In this document: positions 12,044 through 23,346 of the stretch, in pieces | Layout of the letters: each line of letters begins with the position of its first letter | Position numbering within the stretch: position 1 is the stretch's first letter | Origin: Octopus sinensis | Taxonomy: Eukaryota | NCBI RefSeq assembly: GCF_006345805.1 | Contig: NC_043003.1 | Location: forward strand, 17,546,001-17,610,000 | DNA: 64,000 nucleotides | Direction: 5' to 3' | Made by a program: the position numbers and the translations under genes | Notes under the pieces: generated by a model | Told to the model about the DNA's origin: nothing | Databases searched by the model: none | What the model saw: the letters and a program-made list of their open reading frames with translations, nothing else

Positions 12044-12843
12044 GGGCTGAGATTCACTTCAGCTGTTTTAGATGTGCTTTTTATAGATGAACAAATCAAC
12101 TACACGATGTAAAACATTTTCTTGAGGTGAATTAAAATAAAAATAAGATTTTATATTTAGGATTTTTCACACAAAGAATATTGAATGCATATTGAGTGTC
12201 AATATGCATTCCATACTCTTTGTGTGAAAAATCCGAAAAGTTGAATTTTATTTTCATTTTAATTCAGCAAAAAAAAAAAAATGAATAAACATAGTTTTTT
12301 TTACATGATTTAATTGTCGAGTACCAATTTGTCAAAAAAGCTTTATTTATAACAGTTTTAACATATGGAATAATATTTTACCATGAAAGCTAAAAAACAT
12401 TTTTTTACAGTCGAATTTCGAAAAAAATCATTAAAAATCCACCTTCTGCTGAACCAAACTCATTTATAAACTTTATTTTATAGACCTACATTATTTGTAA
12501 CATTTGTAATATTTTGTTTCCAGACTTATAGAAACTTACTTTTTATATATGTTTTTGACCGCCTTGCTTGCATGTCAAGGTTGTTTCTTTTTTTTTATAA
12601 TTATTGTCCTATTTATTTTTTAATTTGTGATCTCCTACCAACTTGACCAAATGAGCCAAGCTGCCAAAGGGCTTTATCCGATTTTTTACGCAATTTTTGA
12701 AAAAACTTTTTGTAATCTTTACTTATTGCAATTAATAAAAAAATGTGAATTGGATTAATAAATTTATTTATTTATTCATTTATTTATTATTTGTTTATCA
12801 ATAAAGAAAATGTGTCTGAAACAGCTGTAGTGAACGTCAGTCC
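12044..12843. mobile_element. 800-bp non-autonomous DNA transposon, GG...CC termini, AT TSD, internal palindrome
   Basis: ~55-bp imperfect TIRs (GGGCTGAGATTCACTTCAGCTG / CAGCTGTAGTGAACGTCAGTCC) with AT on both sides; palindrome at 12128-12266. Confidence 0.65.
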
Positions 12844-13149
12844 ATTAATGTTATTTATACTATACCACAATTGGAACCTTCCCTACATTGAATTTTAAGA
12901 CTGCAGCAGACCATTGACTGCATTCCTGAGAATACTCTTGTGTAATTTTACATATATTTTCACTGTATTTGGTCTATGTTTGTGGATGCATGTGTAACTT
13001 CAAGGACAAATCTGTATATACTTTAGTATGTACATGAGTGTTCGTACATGCTTTGAAACACAGATATGTTTTCCTTAACTCTACCTTGGTGTCTTTGTTA
13101 TTAAAATACCCTGATTCTGTTAGATCCTACAAATAATTATAAATATATG

Positions 13150-13420
13150 TCCGTTGCCAGCATCGCCTGGCCCCGTGCCGGTGACACGTAAAAGCACCAT
13201 CCGTTCGTGGCCGTTCGCCAGCTCTGTCTGGCACCTGTGCAGGTGGCATGTAAAAAACACCCACTACACTCGCGGAGTGGTTGGCGTTAGGAAGGGCATC
13301 CAGCCGTAGAAACACTGCCAGATCTGACTGGGCCTGACGAAGCCTTCCAGCTTCACAGACCCCAGTTGACCCATCCAACACATGCTAGCATGGAAAGCAG
13401 ACGCTAAATGATGATGTATG
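13150..13420 (+). mobile_element. 5'-truncated RTE LINE 3'-UTR copy
   Basis: Matches 60230-60520 and ends gacgctaaatgatgatg. Confidence 0.8.
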
Positions 13421-13441
13421 TATATATATATCTGTATCTAT

Positions 13442-13482
<41 letters not shown>

Positions 13483-13486
<4 letters not shown>

Positions 13487-14769
13487 GTTATCCATAAGTT
13501 CTGTTCGATTTTACCTTTTTTAAAATTGAATGAAATTTAATAGTATTTTAGAATGTCTAATGGAATTAAATTATTTTTAAGCATTTGTGTACATTTAAAC
13601 TAATTAAATATTATTTTACAGAATAATAGAATTAAAATTTCTTTCATTAAGACCCTTTCTAACATGGAAGTATCCAAAGTGCATTTGAGGCACATAATGC
13701 GTTATTATTACAAAAAGAGGAAACTCCGCAGCTGAAGTGAATCGAAACATACACTCATTTTATGGGAAAGAATGCTTGAATAAAAGAACTTGCAGAAGAT
13801 GGTTTGCAAAATTCAATAAGTGAAGATTTCATCCTTGAAGAGGAAGATCGAACAGAATGTCCAGTTGAGTTTAATGATAAGCTCCTTGAGGCATTACTTG
13901 ATGAAAATCCTGCATTATCAGTTGAAGAATTGGCAATAAAGCCCTATTCAAACCATACAACTGTTCATCGTCATCTTTAACAAGTTGGAAAGGTTCCTAA
14001 ACTTGGAAAATGGGTGCCTCATGAATTGTCTGAAAGCAACCCACAAATCCTGAGTTGACATCTGCTCTTCTTGCCATTTTTGCAAACTCATTTCACCCTT
14101 TTTGGATAGACTTGTGACTGGTGATGAAAAATAGATCTTCTATCAAAATGTTAAACATTGTAAACGGTGGCTTGGTAAAAGAGAAAAAGCTCAACCACAA
14201 CCTAGAAAGGAACTTCGTGGGAAAAAGGTTCTTCTCTCTATCTGGTGGGATTGCAAAGGAGTAATTCCCTTTGAATTGTTACCACCTAATGCAACAATCA
14301 ATGCTCAAGTCTACTGTCAGCAATTAGAGCATTTTAATCAAGCTTTGAAGAAAAAAAAACCCACTTTAGTAAATCGAAAAGGAGTGATTTTTCATCAGGA
14401 AAATGCGTGACCCCACACTGCAAGGATCACATCACAGAAGATTGAAGAACTTGGTTGGGAAAAAATACCTCATCCACCTTATTCTCCTGACCTTGCTCCT
14501 TCAGACTACCATTTGTTTCGTAGTTTACAGAATCATTTGCGGGACATAACTTTCACAAGCCAGGAGGAGGTCGAAACTGACATTTTAGAGTTCTTCGCTT
14601 TGAAACCAAAAGAATTTACATTGATGGGATTAAAAAGCTTGTAAATAGATGGAGGAAAGTCATATATAATCAAGGAAAGTACATTAATGATTAAATTTCA
14701 ATTAAATATAACATTTGATCACTTGTTTTCTTTATTCAGAATTCGGACAGAACTTATAGGATGACCTGA
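13483..14769 (+). mobile_element. Full-length decayed mariner (DD34D-type) transposon
   Basis: TA|TCAGGTTATCCATAAGTT...AACTTATAGGATGACCTGA|TA. The interrupted transposase (13664-14694) retains WVPHEL, VTGDEK, FHQ(E)NA.PH and HPPYSPDLAPSDYHLF. Confidence 0.93.
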
Positions 14770-14783
14770 TATCTCTCTCTCTT

Positions 14784-14824
<41 letters not shown>

Positions 14825-14825
14825 G

Positions 14826-14971
14826 AGGCAAATAAGAAAAGGGCAAGGACATACAATCGACAAATATCAGCCAGTAAACATTCAATTATATCTATTTATA
14901 AATAGATATAATTGAATATTTACTGGCTGATGTTTGCCGATTGTATATCCTCTGCATTTTCTTACTTGCTT
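14826..14971. repeat. Fold-back palindrome, ~73-bp arms, no loop
   Basis: Centre TATCTATTTA|TAAATAGATA; arms aatatcagccagtaaa / tttactggctgatgtt. Confidence 0.85.
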
Positions 14972-15153
14972 TATAAATCCAGGGTAAATTTCCACTCTAC
15001 CCCCACCCATACCTAGTATTTGATTGCAATATTGCCATGCAATAGTAAGCACTTGGTTAAGAATATGTAGGTGCACATCCAGCAGTATATTGGATATTTA
15101 ATATCCTCTTAACCTCTAACACATACAGACATATATATATATGTATATATATA

Positions 15154-15275
<122 letters not shown>

Positions 15276-15301
15276 GTATATATGTATATACATATATACA
15301 T

Positions 15302-15555
15302 GTGCAGGCACGTGGCTTAGTGGTTAGGGTGTCAGCATCATGATCATAAGATTGTGGTTTTGATTCCTGGACTGGGCGACGCGTTGTGTACTTGAGGAAA
15401 ACACTTCGTTTCACATTACCCCAGTCCACTCAGCTTGCAAAAAGGAGTAACGATGGGATGGACTGGCATCCCATCCAGCTGGGGAACACATACACCATAG
15501 AAACCGGGAAACCAGGCCCATGAGCCTGGCTAGGCTTTAAAAGGGTGCATTTTTT
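15302..15555 (+). mobile_element. SINE family C copy
   Basis: Homologous to 9165-9415. Confidence 0.8.
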
Positions 15556-16018
15556 TCTATTTGATATTTATTTACATATTTACATATTTATTTACATATT
15601 TATTTACATATATATATGTGTGCGCGTATTTGTGTGGATCTGTGCTTGTCCCCCGTCACCATTGGTTGACAACCAATTTTAGTGTGTTTACATCCCCATA
15701 ATCTAGCAGTTCAGCAAAAGAGACTGACAGAATAAGTACTAGGCTTACAAAGAATAAGTCCTGGGATTGTTTTGTTCGACTAAAGGTGATGCTCCAGCAT
15801 GGCCATAGTCAAATGACTGAAACAAACAGACGACTTAAATGACTGATATGTTTACATTTATGTGTGTTGACTTCAACCTTAGAGCATTTTAGCTCTTGTT
15901 TCTAGCAATGTAGGTGCTTCTAACACCCAGGTCACATTTGTATATTAATTCGTTTTGCAAGATTCCTGTTGTGAAATTGCATGTTGAAACAAATATCATT
16001 TATATTATTTACAATTGA

Positions 16019-16089
16019 CGGAATATGGTGTAGTGATTAAGAGTTTGGGCTACTAACCGCAAGATTTCGAGTTCGATTCCAGGCAGTGA

Positions 16090-16128
<39 letters not shown>

Positions 16129-16138
16129 CATTGAAAGG
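16019..16138 (+). mobile_element. 5' part of the tRNA-head (AAT)n SINE whose other copy carries a hammerhead
   Basis: tggtgtagtg...gagttcgattcc...cagtgacctg(aat)n aacattgaaa, matching the minus-strand copy at 53086-53800. Confidence 0.65.
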
Positions 16139-16218
16139 AAACAGATATTGTTGTACTTCAGGATGGTCATTTCATTTATTATTTAATTTTTTTTTTTGCT
16201 GAATAAACACAATCATTA

Positions 16219-16249
<31 letters not shown>

Positions 16250-16261
16250 TTTTATTTATTT

Positions 16262-16384
16262 ATTATATAGAAGGAGCTTCTACAGGACTAGAACTGTTTC
16301 ATTCAAGAGAAATCATTAGGAGCTTCCTGATGATTTCTCTTGAATGAAACAGTTCTAGTCCTGTAGAAGCTCCTTCTATATAAT
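16262..16384. repeat. Near-perfect 60-bp-arm hairpin folding at a hammerhead core
   Basis: Loop GCT at 16322-16324; right arm CTGATGA(16327-33) tttctcttgaat GAAAC A GT T CTAG. Confidence 0.85.
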
Positions 16385-16453
16385 AAATTGATTTACTCTG
16401 CTATGTATTGAGTACCTTATTTACTGTGGTTAACCCTGACTCAACCCGGGACC

Positions 16454-16518
<65 letters not shown>

Positions 16519-16589
16519 TTATATATATTTTTTCTTCACTCGTTTATTACTGTTCTTTTATATTTTTATTATTTTGATGCCAGTCCATT

Positions 16590-16634
16590 GTCTGGAAATC
16601 TTTCATCACACATCTGTGACTTCTTCAGCAAAAC
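16590..16634 (-). ncRNA. Type I minimal hammerhead ribozyme motif
   Basis: Minus strand: TTTG CTGAAGA A GTCAC agatgt GTGAT GAA AGATTT C CAGA. Confidence 0.6.
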
Positions 16635-16698
16635 TTTTCGTTTCCATTCATTCCAATGGAATGAGTGGTGCAAAAACACACTCACGGAAACAAAAAAA

Positions 16699-16742
16699 TG
16701 TCACTGAAGAAGTCACAAATGTGTGATGAAAGATTTCCGGGC
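16699..16742 (+). ncRNA. Type I minimal hammerhead ribozyme motif (mirror copy, stem I decayed)
   Basis: CTGAAGA A GTCAC aaatgt GTGAT GAA AGATTT C; stem I pairs poorly. Confidence 0.5.
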
Positions 16743-16917
16743 AACGGACAAGCATCAAAATGATAAAAATTTTAAGATAAAAGTAACAAACAAGTGAAGA
16801 AAATAGAAAATGTATATAGCGCATGTGTTTATTTGGCAAAAATAAAAATTAAAATAATAATAAATGAAATGACCATCCTGAAGTACAACAATATATATAT
16901 ACGTATATATATGTGTA

Positions 16918-16948
<31 letters not shown>

Positions 16949-17047
16949 TTTTATATATATAATAAATATTAGGGAATAAATCCAAACTTACAGGGAAAAA
17001 TCAGATTTAGGATTGAATCCAATTTTATAGTAAAATATTATATTATA

Positions 17048-17295
17048 TTAAATTAGAGACAAAACCACTATTAGGCAAATCAAACAATGAAAGACTTAAG
17101 CCAATACATAATTAATTTATATTATTAAATATGTAACAATTATTAAAAAATATATTAAAAATATATAAGTGGATATTAATTATAATTAATTATATTTTTT
17201 AATAATGTACATATTTAAATAATATAAATTATTTATGTATTGGCTTAAGTCTTTCATGTTTGATTTGCCTAATAGTGGTTTTGTCTCTAATTTAA
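17048..17295. repeat. Palindromic repeat family (second copy 22630-22795)
   Basis: Arms aattagagacaaaaccactattaggcaaatcaaac / gtttgatttgcctaatagtggttttgtctctaatt; the adjacent flank is shared, inverted, with ~22825-22895. Confidence 0.8.
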
Positions 17296-17320
17296 TTTAA
17301 TATTTATATATATACAATAC

Positions 17321-17351
<31 letters not shown>

Positions 17352-17354
<3 letters not shown>

Positions 17355-18106
17355 CTACAAAATTAGAGAATGGAGAATATAACTTAAATCAGTAAAACAT
17401 CAACTATCCGATGATACTCAATCCATACTTTAATACACCATTACATATGAGTAAAGGCAATACATAAAATGAAATGAGATATACAGGTATAGTAAAAAGA
17501 TAAAGAGATATAAGTAAAAAATTTTCAAATATAATATGTAATAAATCAAAATGACAGTGTTTCGGCAGTGAGGACAGTCATACCTCATTTAACCTATAAG
17601 CCATAAAGGCAGGTATAAATGAGGCATTAACAAGGATGCCCCACGGCCTCTTAGAGAATTAAATTAAATTTGTATAATAGTGATTATATTATATAAGTGT
17701 AGCATTATGATGTATAAGTTTTTATATTTTACATTTTTATTTTTATATTATATGTATATGATTGTATAATATTTTTCACTATTATAACAAATTTAATTTA
17801 ATCTCTGAAGAGGCGTGGGGCATCCTTGTTAATGCCTCATTATACCTGCCTTTATGGCTTATAGGTTAAATGAGGTATGACTGTCCTCACTGCCGAAACA
17901 GCTGTCAGTTTTGATTTATTTACATATTATATTTGAAAATTTTTACTTATATCTTTATCTTTTTACTATTACTGTATATCTCATTTCATTTTATGTATTG
18001 CCTTTACTCATATGTAATGGTGTATTAAAGTATGGATTGAGTATCATCGGATAGTTGATGTTTTACTGATTTAAGTATATTTCTCCATTCTCTAATTTTG
18101 TAGTAT
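17352..18106. mobile_element. Head-to-head inverted duplication (~330-bp arms, ~90-bp spacer) of a hammerhead-bearing pLTR-like sequence
   Basis: Arms 17352-17683 and 17776-18106 are reverse complements with small indels; flanked by (TA)n on the left. Confidence 0.85.
17800..17911 (+). ncRNA. Type I hammerhead ribozyme motif with long stem II
   Basis: AATCT CTGAAGA GGC...(83-nt stem II domain)...GCC GAA AC AGCT GT C AGTTT; palindromic stem III ACAGCTGT; GUC triplet with cleavage predicted after 17906. Confidence 0.75.
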
Positions 18107-18322
18107 TAATTTACGGTAATATTTTACCTTTACCCATATAATGCAATAGATGAACTGATTGTTTGACAATTTTTAACATCTATGTTAAATTTTGGTGGGT
18201 ACCTATCTACAGTATATTGGATATATATTATCCCATGGTGGGTTGAATTTTCAACCCCTATCTCATTTTATATATAATATATATATATATATATACAATA
18301 TGTTACATTACTCGGTAGTCAA

Positions 18323-18383
18323 GATAAAACTCTGAGTTTCAGATGCCGAAGTGGAAATCCACAACACCATCTCTTCGGTTATC
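18323..18383 (-). ncRNA. Hammerhead-like motif in the PLE 3' UTR (left arm)
   Basis: Mirror of 21147-21207. Confidence 0.55.
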
Positions 18384-21146
18384 TGGCTATTTGAAAACGT
18401 TATGAAAAATACCGTTAAATAAAGGGAAATTACTCTGTTATAACTCTGCTTGCCTGCGTACTTATACATCGCTCGCATTTTTCGTCATAAAAATTATATA
18501 AAAATACATAAAAAATATATAAAAATATATAAAAATATATAAATTCTTCTTGGGACACAACATAGAAAGCATGTCTATCTGTTTTCTTTAGGGGACCAAA
18601 AACGTAACAGAAACTTGGTCACATGTGGGCATGATCCGAAAAGCTCTGTCCTTGTATTTAGACATGTAGTAGGGTCTAAGCTGCTTTTCCAGATAAGCCA
18701 TCTCTCCATGTCGCATAGACCGCACCTTCCACTGCCGTTAGTATAGGGCTTACATCTGGCCAAAATCTTCCATTGTATGTTATAATCGACACACCTTATC
18801 TCTTAAAGACCAAATATGATTAGACAATTGTGTCGCTTTTCTTTTGTTCCAGTGCCTAAAGCTCAAGTGTGGTTATTGAACCTGGCCTTGAAATTACCCT
18901 CTGTAAGGCCCACGTATTTCTTCGTCGAAACGGTATCTTTAGTGGTTATAGAGTTTACGGTAGCTTCATATATGATGGTCTTGGACATGCAAGCTCCATT
19001 TAGCGGGCTCAATTCTTTATTCCTGCATGAACAGCTGTTTTCTTCTTGTGTTTTTTGTATGTTATGTTTGATTATGTTTTTAAAATTGGTAGTGAACTAA
19101 AACTAATTTTTAAATTGTGTCTATTGAAGAGTTTCCTATAAGTATGGTTAACTGGAAAATGTCTATCTATCAGTGCTAGGAAATATTTACCTATATTGAA
19201 GGCCACCTCGGGTGAGTAAGGGGGCGTAAACCAGATGACCTTCCTATTTCTATTATTCCTTTTCTTTACTGTTGGGCTAGTGATAGGTGTATATTTTATT
19301 TTATCGGTAAAACCACTATCTTTTAAAGCCTTATTATAAACTGGGGCAACGCTATTGAAGATGTCCTCATCAGATGAGAGGCTAGAAATCCTCTTACTAA
19401 TATTTTTAACTAAATTTTTGAATACTATAGGGGGATGGCATGAACCTACATTAATATAACTTAGTCTATCATTGGGCTTCCTATAAGGCTTATAAATATT
19501 CTTATTAAGATCTAAGGAAACGTCTAAGAAATTGACAACCGTCAAGTTAGTATCTATAGTTATACTAAGTCCGAAGTGCTTCATTAACTGGATAATATCC
19601 TTCCTAAAACGATCTTGTGCTGGTCCATTTGTATTAGCTGTTAAGGCGAGGGCATCATCTTTGTAGATGGCGAAATGTACGTTAGGGAATGTCTTACCTG
19701 AGGTATCTAGGAGAAAAAGTCCAATTAGATCACAGATGCCTGCCCCACCATATGAACCCATGCTCACATGAGTTCATATGATGGGGCAGGCATCTGTGAT
19801 CTAATTGGACTTTTTCTCCTAGATACCTCAGGTAAGACATTCCCTAACGTACATTTCGCCATCTACAAAGATGATGCCCTCGCCTTAACAGCTAATACAA
19901 ATGGACCAGCACAAGATCGTTTTAGGAAGGATATTATCCAGTTAATGAAGCACTTCGGACTTAGTATAACTATAGATACTAACTTGACGGTTGTCAATTT
20001 CTTAGACGTTTCCTTAGATCTTAATAAGAATATTTATAAGCCTTATAGGAAGCCCAATGATAGACTAAGTTATATTAATGTAGGTTCATGCCATCCCCCT
20101 ATAGTATTCAAAAATTTAGTTAAAAATATTAGTAAGAGGATTTCTAGCCTCTCATCTGATGAGGACATCTTCAATAGCGTTGCCCCAGTTTATAATAAGG
20201 CTTTAAAAGTTAGTGGTTTTACCGATAAAATAAAATATACACCTATCACTAGCCCAACAGTAAAGAAAAGGAATAATAGAAATAGGAAGGTCATCTGGTT
20301 TATGCCCCCTTACTCACCCGAGGTGGCCTTCAATATAGGTAAATATTTCCTAGCACTGATAGATAGACATTTTCCAGTTAACCATACTTATAGGAAACTC
20401 TTCAATAGACACAATTTAAAAATTAGTTTTAGTTCACTACCAATTTTAAAAACATAATCAAACATAACATACAAAAAACACAAGAAGAAAACAGCTGTTC
20501 ATGCAGGAATAAAGAATTGAGCCCGCTAAATGGAGCTTGCATGTCCAAGACCATCATATATGAAGCTACCGTAAACTCTATAACCACTAAAGACACCGTT
20601 TCGACGAAGAAATACGTGGGCCTTACAGAGGGTAATTTCAAGGCCAGGTTCAATAACCACACTTTGAGCTTTAGGCACTGGAACAAAAGAAAAGCGACAC
20701 AATTGTCTAATCATATTTGGTCTTTAAGAGATAAAGGTGTCGATTATAACATACAATGGAAGATTTTGGCCAGATGTAAGCCCTATACTAACGGCAGCGG
20801 AAGGTGCGGTCTATGCGACATGGAGAGATGGCTTATCTGGAAAAGCAGCTTAGACCCTACTACATGTCTAAATACAAGGACAGAGCTTTTCGGATCATGC
20901 CCACAGTGACCAAGTTTCTGTTACGTTTTTGGTCCCCTAAAGAAAACAGATAGAACATGCTTTCTATGTTATGTCCCAAGAAGAATTTATATATTTTTTA
21001 TATATTTTTTATATATTTTTTATGTATTTTTATATAATTTTTATGACGAAAAATGCGAGCGATGTATAAGTACGCAGGCAAGCAGAGTTATAACAGAGTA
21101 ATTCCTTTATTTAACGGTATTTTTTCATAACGTTTTCAAATAGCCA

Positions 21147-21207
21147 GATAACCGAAGAGATGGTGTTGTGGATTTCCACTTCGGCATCTGAAACTCAGAG
21201 TTTTATC
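21147..21207 (+). ncRNA. Hammerhead-like motif in the PLE 3' UTR (right arm)
   Basis: GATAA CCGAAGA GATG...CATC T GAA ACTC A GAGT T TTATC; stem I GATAA/TTATC; U4C core variant and an extra T before GAA; sense to the ORF. Confidence 0.6.
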
Positions 21208-21304
21208 TTGACTACCGAGTAATGTAACATATTGTATAGATAAATTTCCTCTATTTACATAATATTGAGGTCTCTTTCTTTCTTTTGTTATCTTACCGTT
21301 TTAT

Positions 21305-21384
<80 letters not shown>

Positions 21385-21815
21385 GAGTAAATTGATAGCT
21401 TTCCCATTTCTGTTATATAATCTGACTATAGAGGTGCACTTACTAAAAGTTGAAATCATGTGAGTTTCATGTCGCCAAGTAAGAAAGTGAAAGTAAGGAG
21501 ATGTAAAGTGACATGAACTAACATAGGCACAGGCATGGCTGTGTGGTTAAGAAGCCCACTTTGCAATCATGCAGTTTCAGGTTCAGTTCCACTGTACAGC
21601 AGCTGAGGTAAATGTCTTCTATCATAGCCCCATGCTGACCAATACCTTTATGAGGGAACTTGCTACATGGAAACTATGTCTATTGCATGTATGTACCTAT
21701 CTGTCTGTCTGTCTGTCTATCTATCTATTTAGACCCTTCTGTCCAGCATTCGCCATGATAGATCGCTAGCCACTAAACCTTTTTCAATTTTCTCTCCTTG
21801 TTTCTTTTTGTGTTC

Positions 21816-21851
21816 CTTTCTATTGAAGAGTGTAGGCTCGAAACATAAAAG
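21816..21851 (+). ncRNA. Decayed minimal hammerhead motif
   Basis: CTTT CTATTGA A GAGT gtag GCTC GAA AC AT A AAAG; stem I CTTT/AAAG intact, core and stem III mutated. Confidence 0.45.
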
Positions 21852-22307
21852 ACTTTCTCACTTCACGAGCATTAAACTAATACATCTGTTTGTTGTTTAC
21901 ACACCTGTCTTCATCTTTTGTTATTTTTTTGTGAATTCTCCCTATATATATATATGTTATAATGGGGGAGAACAGCTTATGGGGTTACCCTAGGTTTCTT
22001 GCCCAATTATTTGGACTTACGGTATATGATTAGTAGTATGCTGATTAAAGCACTTTCACTGTTTAGACTAACTGATGTCATCTACAGTGTTGATATAAGT
22101 GTCAATGAATCTACCTCATGAATTCCACAGTATTTCTTGAATCTATAATGAATCATGGAAACAGAAAATGGACGAACTCCATTTTCCATTTCCGTCATTA
22201 ATTTTATATGTGTGGATGTGTGCATATATATATATACCGGAGTAAACACATAAATATGAAACAAGGTGGAATAAAGAGTACTCAAATACCAGTGGTAGAG
22301 TAATATG

Positions 22308-22376
22308 CTTTATTTAAAAGCAGCAAAAAATTCAGCAAAACAGGTTTTGTTGAATTTTCTGCTGCTTTTAAATAAA

Positions 22377-22377
<1 letters not shown>
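22308..22377. repeat. Short fold-back palindrome
   Basis: ctttatttaaaagcagc...aaaa cagg tttt...gctgcttttaaataaag. Confidence 0.85.
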
Positions 22378-22413
<36 letters not shown>

Positions 22414-22507
22414 ATCCAAACAAGAAAGCATAAAAAAACACAACAACGCGAGGACATGGAACAAATATAGTATTATTGGACACTCAGGAAAGAAGGAAAG
22501 AAGGAGG

Positions 22508-22542
22508 GTTTAACGTTTTGAGTGGAGCTCTTCGTCGGAAAC
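22508..22542 (-). ncRNA. Decayed minimal hammerhead motif
   Basis: Minus strand: GTTT CCGACGA A GAG ctcca CTC AAA AC GT T AAAC; stem I GTTT/AAAC, palindromic ACGT stem III, G12A. Confidence 0.5.
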
Positions 22543-22792
22543 ATAGGAGAAGGAAAGATCCAGAGAAGAGAAGACAGAGATAAAAAAATCGCCAACAGTA
22601 CACACGAGGTCACATTTATGTATATATATATAAATTAGAGGAAAACCACTATTATGTAATTCAAACAATGATAGACTTAAATCATACCATTGTGATCTAG
22701 ATAAATGTTTTATCATATACTTTATTTTTTCTATATGGTGTGATTTACGTCTATCATTGTTTGAATTATATAATTGTGGTTTTCCTCTAATT

Positions 22793-22828
<36 letters not shown>

Positions 22829-23164
22829 TGTAAAATTTGATTTAATACTAAATTGAATTTTTTCCTGTAAGTTTGGAGTTATACTTCCTAATATTATCAT
22901 TATTATTATTCTATGTTTGACTTTTGCTTTACATTTGTACAAGTTGGTTCCAAGTCTCACCCAGAGACCTCAAGAGACAACAAGTTGGAAGTTCATGCTG
23001 GTGTTATGCCTAGGGTGCCATATATTTGGTTTTGTACATAGTGTTGTACTAGGGAATGTTTAAGAAACCATAAGAAAATTGTTTGTTTTAAAACATGAGA
23101 TTACATAGAAAGTATTTTGCGTAGAATATGAGCAGTTCCCATGAGCACTATCTTTTGAATTTCT

Positions 23165-23180
23165 GCCATTATTATTATTA

Positions 23181-23248
<68 letters not shown>

Positions 23249-23269
23249 TTGTTGCTGTTGTTGTTGTTG

Positions 23270-23346
<77 letters not shown>

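Larger units (their letters stand above)
16144..16893. mobile_element. Diverged palindromic element with hammerhead-like motifs in both arms, interrupted by (TA)n and a second hairpin
   Basis: Outer arms atattgttgtacttcaggatggtcatttc / gaaatgaccatcctgaagtacaacaatat; inner arms ~16528-16640 and ~16690-16810. Confidence 0.75.
18292..21238. mobile_element. Penelope-like retroelement (RT C-terminus + GIY-YIG endonuclease + 3' pLTR/UTR) as a ~2.95-kb head-to-head palindrome
   Basis: Arms ~1.47 kb with loop CTCA at 19763-19766. Each arm reads outward: MGSY(D)GA..C, YKDD, FLDV, KPYRKP, NHPP-like CHPP, WFxPPYS, then CSC..PLNGAC, IIYEA..KKYVGLTE..FKARFNNH, CGLC, C.H. A frameshift near 20437 is shared by both arms. 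Confidence 0.93.

Noticed and set aside
20460-21120. Selenocysteine recoding/SECIS in the Penelope-like element (known in some Naiad elements)
   Set aside because: No in-frame TGA at conserved Cys positions (the altered one is AGC). The TGA at ~20907 results from a 1-nt deletion absent in the left arm. The ATGAC at ~21043 lacks SECIS helix and AA spacing.
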